64,000 nucleotides of DNA from Candidatus Eremiobacteria bacterium (GTDB taxonomy: Bacteria > Vulcanimicrobiota > Vulcanimicrobiia > Vulcanimicrobiales > Vulcanimicrobiaceae). The notes beneath the pieces were generated by a model. It was not told the DNA's origin. It ran no database searches and saw nothing but the letters and a program-made list of their open reading frames with translations. Location of the stretch: assembly GCA_963737065.1 (NCBI GenBank), contig CAVTRC010000001.1, positions 800,001 to 864,000 of the forward strand, given 5' to 3'. Below are positions 28,862 through 38,427 of this stretch, one piece after another. The translations under genes and the position numbers were made by a program. Numbering within the stretch: the first letter of the stretch is position 1; each line of letters begins with the position of its first letter.

Positions 28862-30208
28862 CTAAAAACTGAGCCGGTCGGTGATAAATTTTTCGAGCCC
28901 ATCGACGGCAACGCGTTCCTGACGCATTGAGTCTCGGTCACGGACGGTCACGGTCCGGTCCCCAAGCGTATCGTAGTCGACGGTTATGCAGAACGGTGTA
29001 CCGATCTCATCCTGGCGACGATACAATTGCCCGATGTTTCCTTCGTCGTATTGCGTCCGATATAGCGGTCGTAAGCCTGCTTCTATCGAGCGCGCGCGTT
29101 CAACGAGTTCCGGTTTATTGCGCGCGAGCGAGAAGACCGCAATCTGCACGGGCGCGATGAACGGGTGAAAGCGCAGAACGATGCGTTCCGTTTCCTTGCC
29201 GTTCGGATCGACGCTCTTCTCGCGTTCGAACGCATCGATCAACATGGTGAGCGTCGTGCGATCCATGCCCGCCGAGCTCTCGATCAGAATCGGCGTATAG
29301 TGCGTCTTCGTCGCCTCATCGAAGAACCGCAAATCCTTGCCGGAGAGCTTCATATGCGCATCAAGGTCGTACGTGCCGCGGTGCGCGATCGATTCGAGCT
29401 CGCCCCATCCCCATGGGAAAAGATACTCGACGTCGATACCGGCCTTCGCATAGTGCGGGCGCTCTTCCGGCGTCAGCTCGTAGAAACGCAAGCGATCGGG
29501 CTTGACGCCGTACTTCGAGTACCACGCCTTACGCATGTCGACCCAGTCCTGGAACCACTTCAAGTCATTTCCATCGTCCGGAACGAAATATTCGAGTTCG
29601 GCTTGCTCGAATTCGCGGACGCGAAACGTAAAATTGCCCGGCGTGATTTCGTTACGGAACGACTTCCCGATCTGCGCGACGCCGAACGGCGGCTTCTTGC
29701 GCGCCGTTTGATACACGTTTTTGAAGTTGACGAAGATGCCTTGGGCGGTTTCCGGCCGCAGGAATGCGATCGACGCAGTGTCTTCCATCGGGCCGATCTG
29801 CGTCTTCATCATGAGGTTGAAATTGCGCGGTTCGGTGAAGCTGTCTTTGCTGCCGCAGTCCGGGCATTGGTTCGGATTTTTCAAATGGTCGAGGCGGAAG
29901 CGGTGCTTGCAGACCTTGCAGTCGACGAGCTTGTCATGGAACTGCGCAAGATGACCCGATGCTTCCCACGTCAGCGGATGCATGACGATCGAGGAATCGA
30001 AGGCAACGACGTCGTCGCGCAGTTCGACCGTATCGCGCCACCACGCATTCTTCACGTTGCGTTTCAAAATTGCGCCCAGCGGACCGTAGTCCCAGAAGCC
30101 GTTGAGACCACCGTAGATTTCACTGGATTGAAAAATGAAGCCGCGACGCTTCGCAAGCGCCGTGATTTCATCCATCGTCGCGTTCATCTGGGGAGGAGCC
30201 GTATCCAT
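28862..30208 (-). CDS. glyQS: Glycine--tRNA ligase, homodimeric type
   Basis: LAKRRGFIF, WDYGPLG, LRPETAQGIF, IGKSFRNEITP, YRRQDEIGTP. Confidence 0.96.
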   Translation of the reverse strand: MDTAPPQMNATMDEITALAKRRGFIFQSSEIYGGLNGFWDYGPLGAILKRNVKNAWWRDTVELRDDVVAFDSSIVMHPLTWEASGHLAQFHDKLVDCKVCKHRFRLDHLKNPNQCPDCGSKDSFTEPRNFNLMMKTQIGPMEDTASIAFLRPETAQGIFVNFKNVYQTARKKPPFGVAQIGKSFRNEITPGNFTFRVREFEQAELEYFVPDDGNDLKWFQDWVDMRKAWYSKYGVKPDRLRFYELTPEERPHYAKAGIDVEYLFPWGWGELESIAHRGTYDLDAHMKLSGKDLRFFDEATKTHYTPILIESSAGMDRTTLTMLIDAFEREKSVDPNGKETERIVLRFHPFIAPVQIAVFSLARNKPELVERARSIEAGLRPLYRTQYDEGNIGQLYRRQDEIGTPFCITVDYDTLGDRTVTVRDRDSMRQERVAVDGLEKFITDRLSF

Positions 30209-30339
30209 AAGCGGTGATTGATTTATCAAGCACCCTTAAAACCCTAGAAGCCAACAACCCTCGGCCCGGACCCAGCATCGCGCACGGGACGTCCCGGGCG
30301 CCTGAGTGCTTGCCGGCGCTTGCGCCGAATTCGTGCCGT

Positions 30340-30702
30340 CTACGGAATCGCTTCTGAAAACGTCAGGTGGTTCCCGAATGGATCGATTACCGTAAGCTCT
30401 CGTTGGCCCCACTCTTGATCCTGAAGTCCCGGATTCATATAGCGATAGTTTTTCGCTTTCAGCTCTTGGCACAGGTCATCGACGTGATCTACATCGATCC
30501 TGATATGTGCGCCGGGACTGCCGTCGCCATGATGTTCGCTCAAGAATAGCGGCACGCCGTCACGCGAGATTCCCATAAACAGTGGCGCATTGTCGTGGAA
30601 CCTATGTTCGAAGTCAACGATAAAACCAAGGTACTCCACATAAAATTGGCGCGCCTTCGTTACGTCGAACATACGCAAAATAGGAATCGTTCGTTTCAGC
30701 AT
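30340..30702 (-). CDS. Glyoxalase/bleomycin-resistance (VOC) family protein
   Basis: IPILRMFD...FYVEYLGF, LSEHHGDGSPG, WGQRELTVIDPFGN. Confidence 0.9.
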   Translation of the reverse strand: MLKRTIPILRMFDVTKARQFYVEYLGFIVDFEHRFHDNAPLFMGISRDGVPLFLSEHHGDGSPGAHIRIDVDHVDDLCQELKAKNYRYMNPGLQDQEWGQRELTVIDPFGNHLTFSEAIP

Positions 30703-30706
30703 TACC

Positions 30707-30969
30707 TTAGCGGTTTTGCTTCAGCGGTGAAAGATGCCTCGGCTCGTACAACCCAATGCCCTCGCAGCGCCAAGGTCGATTGAGGTAAGTCGGCCCCAAC
30801 GTTGCTCGGTTACGGGCGCGCATTGTATGCCTCGCTCCGTTGGGGGAGCAGCGAAAATCGGCCAACCGCCGCCGGCATCGACCGAACGCAGCTCAAAGAC
30901 ATCTGCCAAGAGGTTACGCACCTTTTCAGCATGGCGGCTATAGATTATTGCGTGAAGCCCTTTGATCAT
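30707..30969 (-). pseudogene. VOC-family pseudogene (apparent internal deletion plus frameshift)
   Basis: HAIIYS...VDAGGGWPIFAAPPTE joins directly to RGIQCAPVTEQRWG; the C-terminal GLYEPRH lies in another frame ending at TAA 30707. Confidence 0.7.
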
Positions 30970-30973
30970 GAGC

Positions 30974-31195
30974 TTATCTTCGCGATCCGAAGTAGCTGAA
31001 CATCGCAAAAACGAGCGACAGTAGAATGCTCAACACGATCGATGTGCCGATCGGTATGTACACGCGCCAGCTTTGACCGCCGAACGAAATATCGCCGGGC
31101 AAACGGCCGAGACGTAACGAGGGCGCCGTTTCGATCACGACGCCGATGATCGTCAGAACGATGCCCGCAATGAGAAGCATCCGTCCCAGTGCCAT
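30974..31195 (-). CDS. DUF2905 family small membrane protein
   Basis: LGRLPGDI...VYIPIGTSIVLSILLS. Confidence 0.88.
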   Translation of the reverse strand: MALGRMLLIAGIVLTIIGVVIETAPSLRLGRLPGDISFGGQSWRVYIPIGTSIVLSILLSLVFAMFSYFGSRR

Positions 31196-31406
31196 GGATT
31201 GGTTCCGTACCTCTGCATCAAATTTTCGTAGGCTGCTCAATCGTACTGAAGGAATCGCCTGGCAGCAAGACACCAGAAGACAGAGGAAACAGCGGACGTC
31301 TCGGGTCGCGAACGCGCGAATCTACATCCTGCAATGCGAACGCGACTCGTTTGCGACGAATCCGAAAGAAGTGTGCATCCGCCCTAAGTTGGCCCCAAGT
31401 AACGAG

Positions 31407-31830
31407 TCACGAATCGAACGCCGCGTGCTCGCTCGGCTGCGTCCAGCGATCCAGCGGTGCGCGTAAGTACGTCGTCCATACATATCGCCACGGAATGACA
31501 AGCGCAACCAACAGCGCGCCACCAGTAATGATGGGAATGTTCGCGGCGACGTGCGGCGGAGAAGGGGCGTGCGCGAGCCAGAACGGCAGCGCAATCTGAG
31601 GGTACCGATATCGCCTTCCGCGCGAGTTCAAAGAGCAGAAGCGGCAGCATACGAAGCGGGAACATTTGTACGCTCCGATGGTACACTCCAGCGTCGCAAG
31701 TGCTCGCGAGCATACAGTTCGATTGCGCCTCTCGAACGAACTCCAACTTACTGCCGTGCTGAATAAGTCGGGCCATTGCATCGTCCCTTGCCCAATAAGA
31801 CAGCAAGACGTATACCAGCGCTTTCTGCAA
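31407..31830 (-). pseudogene. Frameshifted integral membrane protein gene
   Basis: PLRMLPLLLFEL in one frame; ALPFWLA...LVIPWRYVWTTYLRAP.DRW in another. Confidence 0.6.
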
Positions 31831-32119
31831 GAGCTACACGGCGCGAGTCGCGCCTGGGCGTCATATACTCATACTCTACATGTCACGAACCTGGGGAACT
31901 GGACTTGTATACGCGTCTTACGTGCTGAGTTTTCTCAAGCAGACAACGCGCACGGTAACTGCGACTCTTTCTTCCATCAACGATGGTCGTCGGCGAAACA
32001 CGGGCAGGCTGCTCGCCAGATAGGTTTACCAATTTCCGTTAGCGCGTGCAGTCACAAAGCGATGCTGGGATTATCACGATAACGCTACAGACTCGAGGCT
32101 CCGGGATGATCACGGAACG

Positions 32120-32710
32120 TTGTGGCTCACACGCACGGGCTCGCAACTGGCGTTCGCGATTGCGCTAATAACCGCCATCCCCGATACCGGGAAGCTGATG
32201 TTCCGCGATTCCAAAACGCCGGAGTATGTCGCAATTGGAAAGAGCCTCAACCGCGACACGTTGCTGCGGTTCGCGGCGTACATGGCGTGGTTCGTTCATA
32301 ATCGCTGGGTCGATAGGAACAGCGAAGCACTGTGCAACGAAGCGGGCGAATTGGATGCGACCGGCAGAGCGATGCTTGCCGACATGGAGCGCGTCCGCGT
32401 AGCGGTTTTCCCCGACAACGACCCGGCAGTTCAAGCCGCAATCAGCCGGGCGCGGGCAAACGACGAACGAGGACTGAGCGATAGCGGGAACGCCGCTACA
32501 ATGCGCTACAGCGAGGAGTTTTGGCTCATCCTCAATTCGCTTCTCGGTCTCCCGGAAGGACGCAGGACCCAAAGATGCGACTTGAGAGGACGCTCGAAGT
32601 TGGGCGAATCCAAACCTTCGCACTCAATATGTTTACCCAGCTGTTCGATACGTTCGCCAAAGACCCGTCGATGCTGCGCTAGAGGACGGCCAGCGGAAAC
32701 AATCAGGTGA
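32120..32710 (+). CDS. Hypothetical protein, possibly degraded
   Basis: 196-aa ORF in a lower-GC patch; helical core but implausible C-terminus. Confidence 0.35.
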   Translation: MWLTRTGSQLAFAIALITAIPDTGKLMFRDSKTPEYVAIGKSLNRDTLLRFAAYMAWFVHNRWVDRNSEALCNEAGELDATGRAMLADMERVRVAVFPDNDPAVQAAISRARANDERGLSDSGNAATMRYSEEFWLILNSLLGLPEGRRTQRCDLRGRSKLGESKPSHSICLPSCSIRSPKTRRCCARGRPAETIR

Positions 32711-32786
32711 GTGCCCAGCCCGACGCGCGAAGAGACACCGCCCTTTGATTCGGGCTAGAGCGGAGCCCCGTGCGTCGGCTGGGGCC

Positions 32787-33905
32787 TTAAGAAACGGCCT
32801 GCGCCTTCTCAGCCGCGTGCTTTGCGGCTATCGAGTTCCGTTCGACTTGTGCCCTAAGCTGCCCGCATGCGGCTGATATGTCGCGACCCATATTGTGGCG
32901 GACCGTGGTCGGGACGCCGGCTTCGCCCAGAATACCGGCGAACGCCCAGATCCGAGGCTCTGCCGTACCTTGAAACGGCCCGTCGGGCGTCGCGTTGTAC
33001 GGAATGAGATTGACGTGGTACAGCTTGCCGCGCATTAAATCGGCAAGTTCGTGCGCGCACTCTTCGGTGTCGTTGATCCCTTCGAGCATGACGTATTCGA
33101 AGAACACCTTACGATTCGTCTTCTCGACGTAGCGCTCGACCGCCGCCATCAACTGCGCCGTGTCGAACTTTTGATTCACCGGCATGATCGCACTGCGCAC
33201 GCGATCGCTCGGCGCGTGGAGTGAAATCGCCAGATTGACTTGTAAACCTTCGTCTGCAAATCGGTCGATCTTATCGACGAGACCGACGGTGGAGATCGTG
33301 ATGTGGCGATGGCCGAGCCCCAGACCGTGAGGGTCGTGCAGCAATGCGATCGCGTTCATCACTGCATCGTAGTTGTGGAAGGGCTCGCCCATCCCCATGA
33401 AGACGACGTTCGTGATACGCTTGCCGCGCGATTGCAGTTCGCGTGCAAAGAATAGAGCTTGATCGAAGATTTCGGTCGCCTGGAGATTGCGCGTGAAGCC
33501 GGCTTGACCGGTCGAACAGAACGCGCACGCGAACGCGCATCCGGCTTGCGATGAAATGCACACCGTCGTGCGACCGCCGAAGTGTTCCATCAGCACAGCT
33601 TCAACTTCATTGCCGTCGCGCAGACGGAAAAGCCCCTTCGTCGTTTGACCGTCTTTCGAGCGCTGCAAAACAACGGGCGAGAGCGAAGAGAACGTGACGC
33701 CGCGCGCATGCAACTCGGCGCGCAATTCTTTCGGCAGCGTGCTTACGTCGCCGATGTTCTCGACGAGTTCTTTTGCGGCCGCCCGGTAGAGTTGTCTGAG
33801 GCGAAACGGCTTCAGGTCGACGGCTCGCGCAAAATCGTCGGCGCCCGCAAAACCCGCCCGGCGCGCAACATCATCAACCCAAATACGAAGGGCATCCCTG
33901 GTCAT
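32787..33905 (-). CDS. rlmN: 23S rRNA/tRNA adenine C2-methyltransferase RlmN
   Basis: CISSQAGCAFACAFCSTG (radical SAM), MGMGEP, ISLHA, AACGQL. Confidence 0.93.
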   Translation of the reverse strand: MTRDALRIWVDDVARRAGFAGADDFARAVDLKPFRLRQLYRAAAKELVENIGDVSTLPKELRAELHARGVTFSSLSPVVLQRSKDGQTTKGLFRLRDGNEVEAVLMEHFGGRTTVCISSQAGCAFACAFCSTGQAGFTRNLQATEIFDQALFFARELQSRGKRITNVVFMGMGEPFHNYDAVMNAIALLHDPHGLGLGHRHITISTVGLVDKIDRFADEGLQVNLAISLHAPSDRVRSAIMPVNQKFDTAQLMAAVERYVEKTNRKVFFEYVMLEGINDTEECAHELADLMRGKLYHVNLIPYNATPDGPFQGTAEPRIWAFAGILGEAGVPTTVRHNMGRDISAACGQLRAQVERNSIAAKHAAEKAQAVS

Positions 33906-33925
33906 GACAGCACCCCATCATACCA

Positions 33926-34582
33926 TTACGTGTCAAACAGTACGGCTTGCTCAAGGGGAATGCAGGGCGCTTGCTCCTGAAGCTTCGCTCGTACCGCTTT
34001 GAGGTCGTTCCAAACCATGCGCTTAACGGCGGTAAGTTCGCCTCCGGTCTGCCGCAGCAAATACGCCGGATGAAAGGTTACCATCAGCGGAATGGTTTGC
34101 GGCCCGACATACCACCGACCACGCATTTTCGTAATTTGAAATTCGCGCCCGAGAAACGACTTCGCCGCGGGCGCGCCGAGCGCGAGGATGACGCGCGGCT
34201 GAATGATGTCGATCTGCTCGTCGAGGTACGGCCGGCAATTGGTCATCTCAAGCGGTTCGGGCGCGCGATTCCTCGGACCGCGCGGGCCGGGAAGCGTTGG
34301 ACGGCACTTTACGGTATTGCAAATGTAGACGTCCTCGCGCGCGAGACCGATCGCCCCGAGCATTTTATCGAGCAACTGTCCGGCCCGGCCGACGAACGGA
34401 CGCCCGAGTAAATCCTCCGTCTCGCCCGGCCCTTCACCGATCACCATCAACCGCGCGCATGGATCGCCTTCACCGTAAACATTGTTCCGGCGTTGCGAAC
34501 CGATCGCGCATTTGCGGCACGCCGCCGCAAGGGCCGCGGCGTGTTCGAGCACGCGCGCACGCCGTGCGCGCTCTTCAAGCAC
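33926..34582 (-). CDS. Uracil-DNA glycosylase family 4 (Fe-S)
   Basis: CRKC, GEGPG, PFVGRAG, NTVKCRP, TFHPAYLLR. Confidence 0.95.
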   Translation of the reverse strand: MLEERARRARVLEHAAALAAACRKCAIGSQRRNNVYGEGDPCARLMVIGEGPGETEDLLGRPFVGRAGQLLDKMLGAIGLAREDVYICNTVKCRPTLPGPRGPRNRAPEPLEMTNCRPYLDEQIDIIQPRVILALGAPAAKSFLGREFQITKMRGRWYVGPQTIPLMVTFHPAYLLRQTGGELTAVKRMVWNDLKAVRAKLQEQAPCIPLEQAVLFDT

Positions 34583-34925
34583 GAGGCTCGTCCTCGTCGC
34601 GCGCCGTCAAAACCGCTTCGCCGAACGCAACGACCTTACACGAACCGTCCGCGCTTTCGGACACATGGAAACTCAGTCCGATCACCGCATTGGCGCCGAG
34701 CACCGTTGCGCGTTTATAAATTCCTTCGAGCGCTTCGTTCCGCAAGTGTTCCGCGTCGCTGAGAAACTCGTTCGGTGCGACACCGATCAACATTCCGAGG
34801 CTCCGAAACGTCGAGCGTAGACGATTGCGCGGACGCGATGCGATTCCCGAAACGTAACCGTAACGGCGAACGATACGGACGCCGTCCAGTTCGCTGAAGG
34901 TGACCACGTCGTGCGGGGCAATCAT
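34575..34925 (-). CDS. YbjQ/UPF0145 heavy-metal-binding-like protein
   Basis: LRNEALEG...ATVLGANAVIG...VVAFGEAV. Confidence 0.8.
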   Translation of the reverse strand: MIAPHDVVTFSELDGVRIVRRYGYVSGIASRPRNRLRSTFRSLGMLIGVAPNEFLSDAEHLRNEALEGIYKRATVLGANAVIGLSFHVSESADGSCKVVAFGEAVLTARDEDEPRA

Positions 34926-34934
34926 CCAAGCACC

Positions 34935-35906
34935 ATGCCGCAGACTTCACCGTCGGTGCTCGTGATCCGCCTGGATGCAATCGGCGACGCACTCGCATTG
35001 ACGCCTCTGCTCGCCGCCTTGCGCGAGCGCTCGATCCCGGTCGAGCTCGTGCTGCGTCGCGTAAACGCTGGTATTTTCTCTTCGCGGGCGGCACGCGCGG
35101 TTCACGTTGCATCGTTTGCGCTTCGCTCGAGCGCGCGGGAGAATCGACGTGCGATCGATGAATTCGCCCAGCGCTTATCGGCCAATCCATTCACCCACAT
35201 CCTCGTTGCAACAGAAGATCCGAGCGGCTACCGGCTCGCACATCGCATCGGCGCGCCTGTGCGCGTTGGTTTTATCAACGGATGGGGGAAGCCGTTCAAA
35301 TCGCTGTGGGCGCGTACGCTCGTCAATCACGTCGTCGTCCGCAGCGCCGGACTCGATCCGGCTGGGCCGCACGAATCGGTGGTGCTCTTCAATCTTGCGC
35401 GCAGCATTCTTGGCGACGATGCCACGCCGACGCATGATTCGGCCCGGTTGCGTTCGCTGATCGTCGAACGAGAACCGCCGCGCAGCTCGCGTATCGCGTT
35501 CCAAGTCACGGACAAATGGCAGCGCCTGGGCATGTCGCTCAAAGATGTCGTCACAGCGCTGCAACGGACTGCAAATGCCGGTGAAGTGCACGCCATTGCG
35601 TCCGAAAACGAAGCGGACTACGCGCGAACGGTCGCATCCGAAAGCGGCATGACCGTCGACCGATTCTCGTCGTTGGAACCGTGGAAAGAAGCGATCGCAG
35701 GCGCGCGCGCAATCGTCGCGCCGGATTCGGGAGCGCTTCACGTTGCGGGGATGGTCGGAACGCCGACGGTCGCCGTGTTTCCGCCTATCAAAGACTACGC
35801 ACTACAAACGGCGCGCTGGTCGCCGTGGGCTGCGCCGTATCGCGTGATTCGCGCCGACGACGGATGGCCGGCGCAGATTTCACGAGCACTGCGGCAGCTG
35901 CTCTAG
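34935..35906 (+). CDS. Glycosyltransferase family 9 (heptosyltransferase-like)
   Basis: VLVIRLDAIGDALALTP, APDSGALHVAGMVGTPTVAVF. Confidence 0.9.
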   Translation: MPQTSPSVLVIRLDAIGDALALTPLLAALRERSIPVELVLRRVNAGIFSSRAARAVHVASFALRSSARENRRAIDEFAQRLSANPFTHILVATEDPSGYRLAHRIGAPVRVGFINGWGKPFKSLWARTLVNHVVVRSAGLDPAGPHESVVLFNLARSILGDDATPTHDSARLRSLIVEREPPRSSRIAFQVTDKWQRLGMSLKDVVTALQRTANAGEVHAIASENEADYARTVASESGMTVDRFSSLEPWKEAIAGARAIVAPDSGALHVAGMVGTPTVAVFPPIKDYALQTARWSPWAAPYRVIRADDGWPAQISRALRQLL

Positions 35907-37240
35907 CGGCACGGTGCTTTACGGCGGTACAGTTCGATCGAGTCGCGTTGCCGGACGAGCGTGTAGACGCGCGACGCGACGAGCCGCTCGAACGCCTCGC
36001 CGTATTCTTGCAAACGCGGCGATTGCGGAAACGCACGATCGATCAGAACGAAGCACGCGTCGAGCAATTCGCCTGAATCCTCGGGTAAAAGCCGCACATT
36101 CGGATCGTGCAACGCGAGATGCGTGTACGCTTCTTCTTGCGTCGCAACCGGCACACCACGTGGAAGCGCCGCAAGCGCGCGATCCAAAGCGACGTCTCGT
36201 GGTTGTCGCGCGCGCAGATTTATACCAGGGTGAAGCGGGTTCGCGACCGTCAGTTCTACGACACAGAGCGCGCAGCATGCGATCAGACGGGAACGAACGC
36301 CTGAAGGACGAGGGTCGCGCACCGCGTACGCGAACGCGGCCAGCACATAACCGATCCACGCGCCCGCATAATGCGACCCGGTTGTAAACGTCGTCGACAT
36401 CCGAGAGAGCAGAACTTCTGCAAACGGCGCAAGTGCGAACCACAGCGTGTGCGAACGAAACGGTAAAAAAAGCAGCGGGAGAAAAACCAAGACGATGAAA
36501 CCGAGCCGTTGCGCAATTCCGACGGGGAAGAGCGTTTTTACGTCGCCGCTTGACCACGCATAGAAGCGAACGGGCTCCCAGTTCGGATTGGCGGTCGCGT
36601 GCGGTTGGATCACGAGGAAAAACACACCCGCAATGAGGACTCCGCACACCGCGACGACCGCTCCGGCCGCTCCACGCGGCGTCCGCCGGAAAAACCACGC
36701 CGAAGCGGCGCCGCATATCACCATGAAGATCGCTTGATCTTCCTTGATGCACATCGCAACGAGCGCCGCGATGACGGCGAACGTCAGCGCTCCGGCATCG
36801 AATGCCCAAAAAGCCCACAGCACCGCCGCCGGCGCAAGCGCGTTCTCATGAAAATCGTTGAAGGTCAACCCCTGCAACGGCGGATACAGGAAGGCCACGA
36901 GCGCCGAGAGGCGCGCGATCGTTCGATCGCCACGATGCAATACGAGTCCGTATACCGGCGGGATCGCGAGCGCACCGCCGATCGCCGACGCGGCAATCAG
37001 CACGAAGGGCGAATCCCACACCTTCACGATCGCGCCGACTATGTAGAGAATCGGCGAAAAGTGAAACGCCCAATGGCTTCCCTCGATCGGGTTGCAGTAA
37101 CAGCCGAACGCGCTCGCTATCGTCTGCGCAAAGATACCGAAGTCGACGAAATTCCGGTGTACGCTATAGCGGATTGCGCCGAGCCATGTAAAGACCGCCG
37201 CGTAGATGAGCGCGAGAACCCAGGGGAAGCGATCGCGCAT
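35903..37240 (-). CDS. DUF2079 polytopic membrane protein (GT-C-like)
   Basis: DFGIFAQ, HFSPIL, DFHENA, KEDQ, HYAG; ATG overlaps the prfB stop (TGATG). Confidence 0.85.
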   Translation of the reverse strand: MRDRFPWVLALIYAAVFTWLGAIRYSVHRNFVDFGIFAQTIASAFGCYCNPIEGSHWAFHFSPILYIVGAIVKVWDSPFVLIAASAIGGALAIPPVYGLVLHRGDRTIARLSALVAFLYPPLQGLTFNDFHENALAPAAVLWAFWAFDAGALTFAVIAALVAMCIKEDQAIFMVICGAASAWFFRRTPRGAAGAVVAVCGVLIAGVFFLVIQPHATANPNWEPVRFYAWSSGDVKTLFPVGIAQRLGFIVLVFLPLLFLPFRSHTLWFALAPFAEVLLSRMSTTFTTGSHYAGAWIGYVLAAFAYAVRDPRPSGVRSRLIACCALCVVELTVANPLHPGINLRARQPRDVALDRALAALPRGVPVATQEEAYTHLALHDPNVRLLPEDSGELLDACFVLIDRAFPQSPRLQEYGEAFERLVASRVYTLVRQRDSIELYRRKAPCR

Positions 37241-38344
37241 CAGGAAAGCTTGCGCCGCTGCTGCAGGTACGCCCAAACGAACGTGTCGATATCGCCGTCG
37301 AGGACTCCTTGCGCGTTACCCGTTTCGACATTGGTTCGGTTATCTTTGACCAACTGATACGGCTGCAACACGTACGACCGGATCTGCGAACCCCACTCAT
37401 TGGCTTGGCGTTCGCCGCGCAATTCTGTAAGTTTCGCATGGCGTTCTTCCGCCGCACGCTGCACGAGCTTCGCGCGAAGAATGTTCATCGCGACATCGCG
37501 GTTCTGCGCCTGCGAACGCTCCTGCTGCGAGGCAACGATGATGTTCGACGGTAGATGAATGATGCGCACGGCCGATTCCGTCTTATTGACGTATTGGCCG
37601 CCCGCGCCGCCGGACTTGAACGTTTCGACGCGGAGATCGTCCGGTTTGATTTCGACCTCAACATCTTCGCCGGCTTCGATCTCGGGAATGACGTCGACTG
37701 CTGCAAACGACGTATGGCGTCGATGGGCCGCATCGAACGGCGACAACCGCACGAGCCGGTGAACGCCGCGTTCGCTCTCCAGCAGTCCGTACGCATTGCG
37801 TCCCCGAACGAAGAACGTTACGGATTTCAGCCCGGCTTCTTCAGCGGGCGATTCATCGACGATTTGCGTAGCGAAGCTCTTTTGATCCGCCCAGCGTAGA
37901 TACATGCGCAGCAACATCTGCGTCCAATCGGCCGCGTCGACGCCGCCCGCGCCGGCGAAGATGCTTACGATGGCGCCGTGCGAATCGAATTCCCCGTCGA
38001 AATTCGCGGCCATCTCGAGTGCGTCGAGTGCCGCTGAAGCTTGCGTAAGATTCGCGTCGATTTCGTTCGAGGCCGCTTCATCGTCGCCGAAGACTTCAAG
38101 GAGCTCACGTGCGTCGCGCAGTGTACGCTCGACGGCGTCCATACGCGCAACTTCTTCGCGGAGGTCGGCGAGCTCTTTCATCGTCCGCTGTGCCGCGTCG
38201 GGATCGTTCCATAACCCCTCTGCTCGCGACCGTTCGTCCAGCTCGCTGATCCTGCGGCGTTGCCCTACGTAGTCAAAGACGCTCCTTCAGTATCGTGAGG
38301 CGGTCGTTGAAGCGGTTAATCGTGCCGACTTGGTTCTCGCTCAT
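37240..38344 (-). CDS. prfB: Peptide chain release factor 2 with programmed +1 frameshift
   Basis: SPF and GGQ motifs; ATG at 38344, codon 23 CTT then TGA-C, internal SD AAGGAG. Confidence 0.97.
38272..38287 (-). promoter_or_regulatory. RF2 autoregulatory frameshift site
   Basis: Minus strand reads AAGGAG-CGT-CTT-TGA-C. Confidence 0.95.
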
Positions 38345-38427
38345 TGCGCAAGCCGATTCTCGTCCGCTCGCGTCGTCCCTTTCCGCGCATCGAAGCCGTG
38401 GGATGGTACGGCGAAGGAGGTTCTTCG

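Noticed and set aside
28792..28941. 50-aa N-terminal extension of PpdK in the ORF track
   Set aside because: It overlaps glyQS; a GGAGG SD supports ATG 28791
30209..30339. T-box leader for glyQS
   Set aside because: No T-box consensus or antiterminator seen, and the region is too short
32787..33905. Cfr resistance methyltransferase
   Set aside because: Motifs (MGMGEP, AACGQL) and housekeeping context fit RlmN; a phylogeny would be needed to exclude Cfr fully
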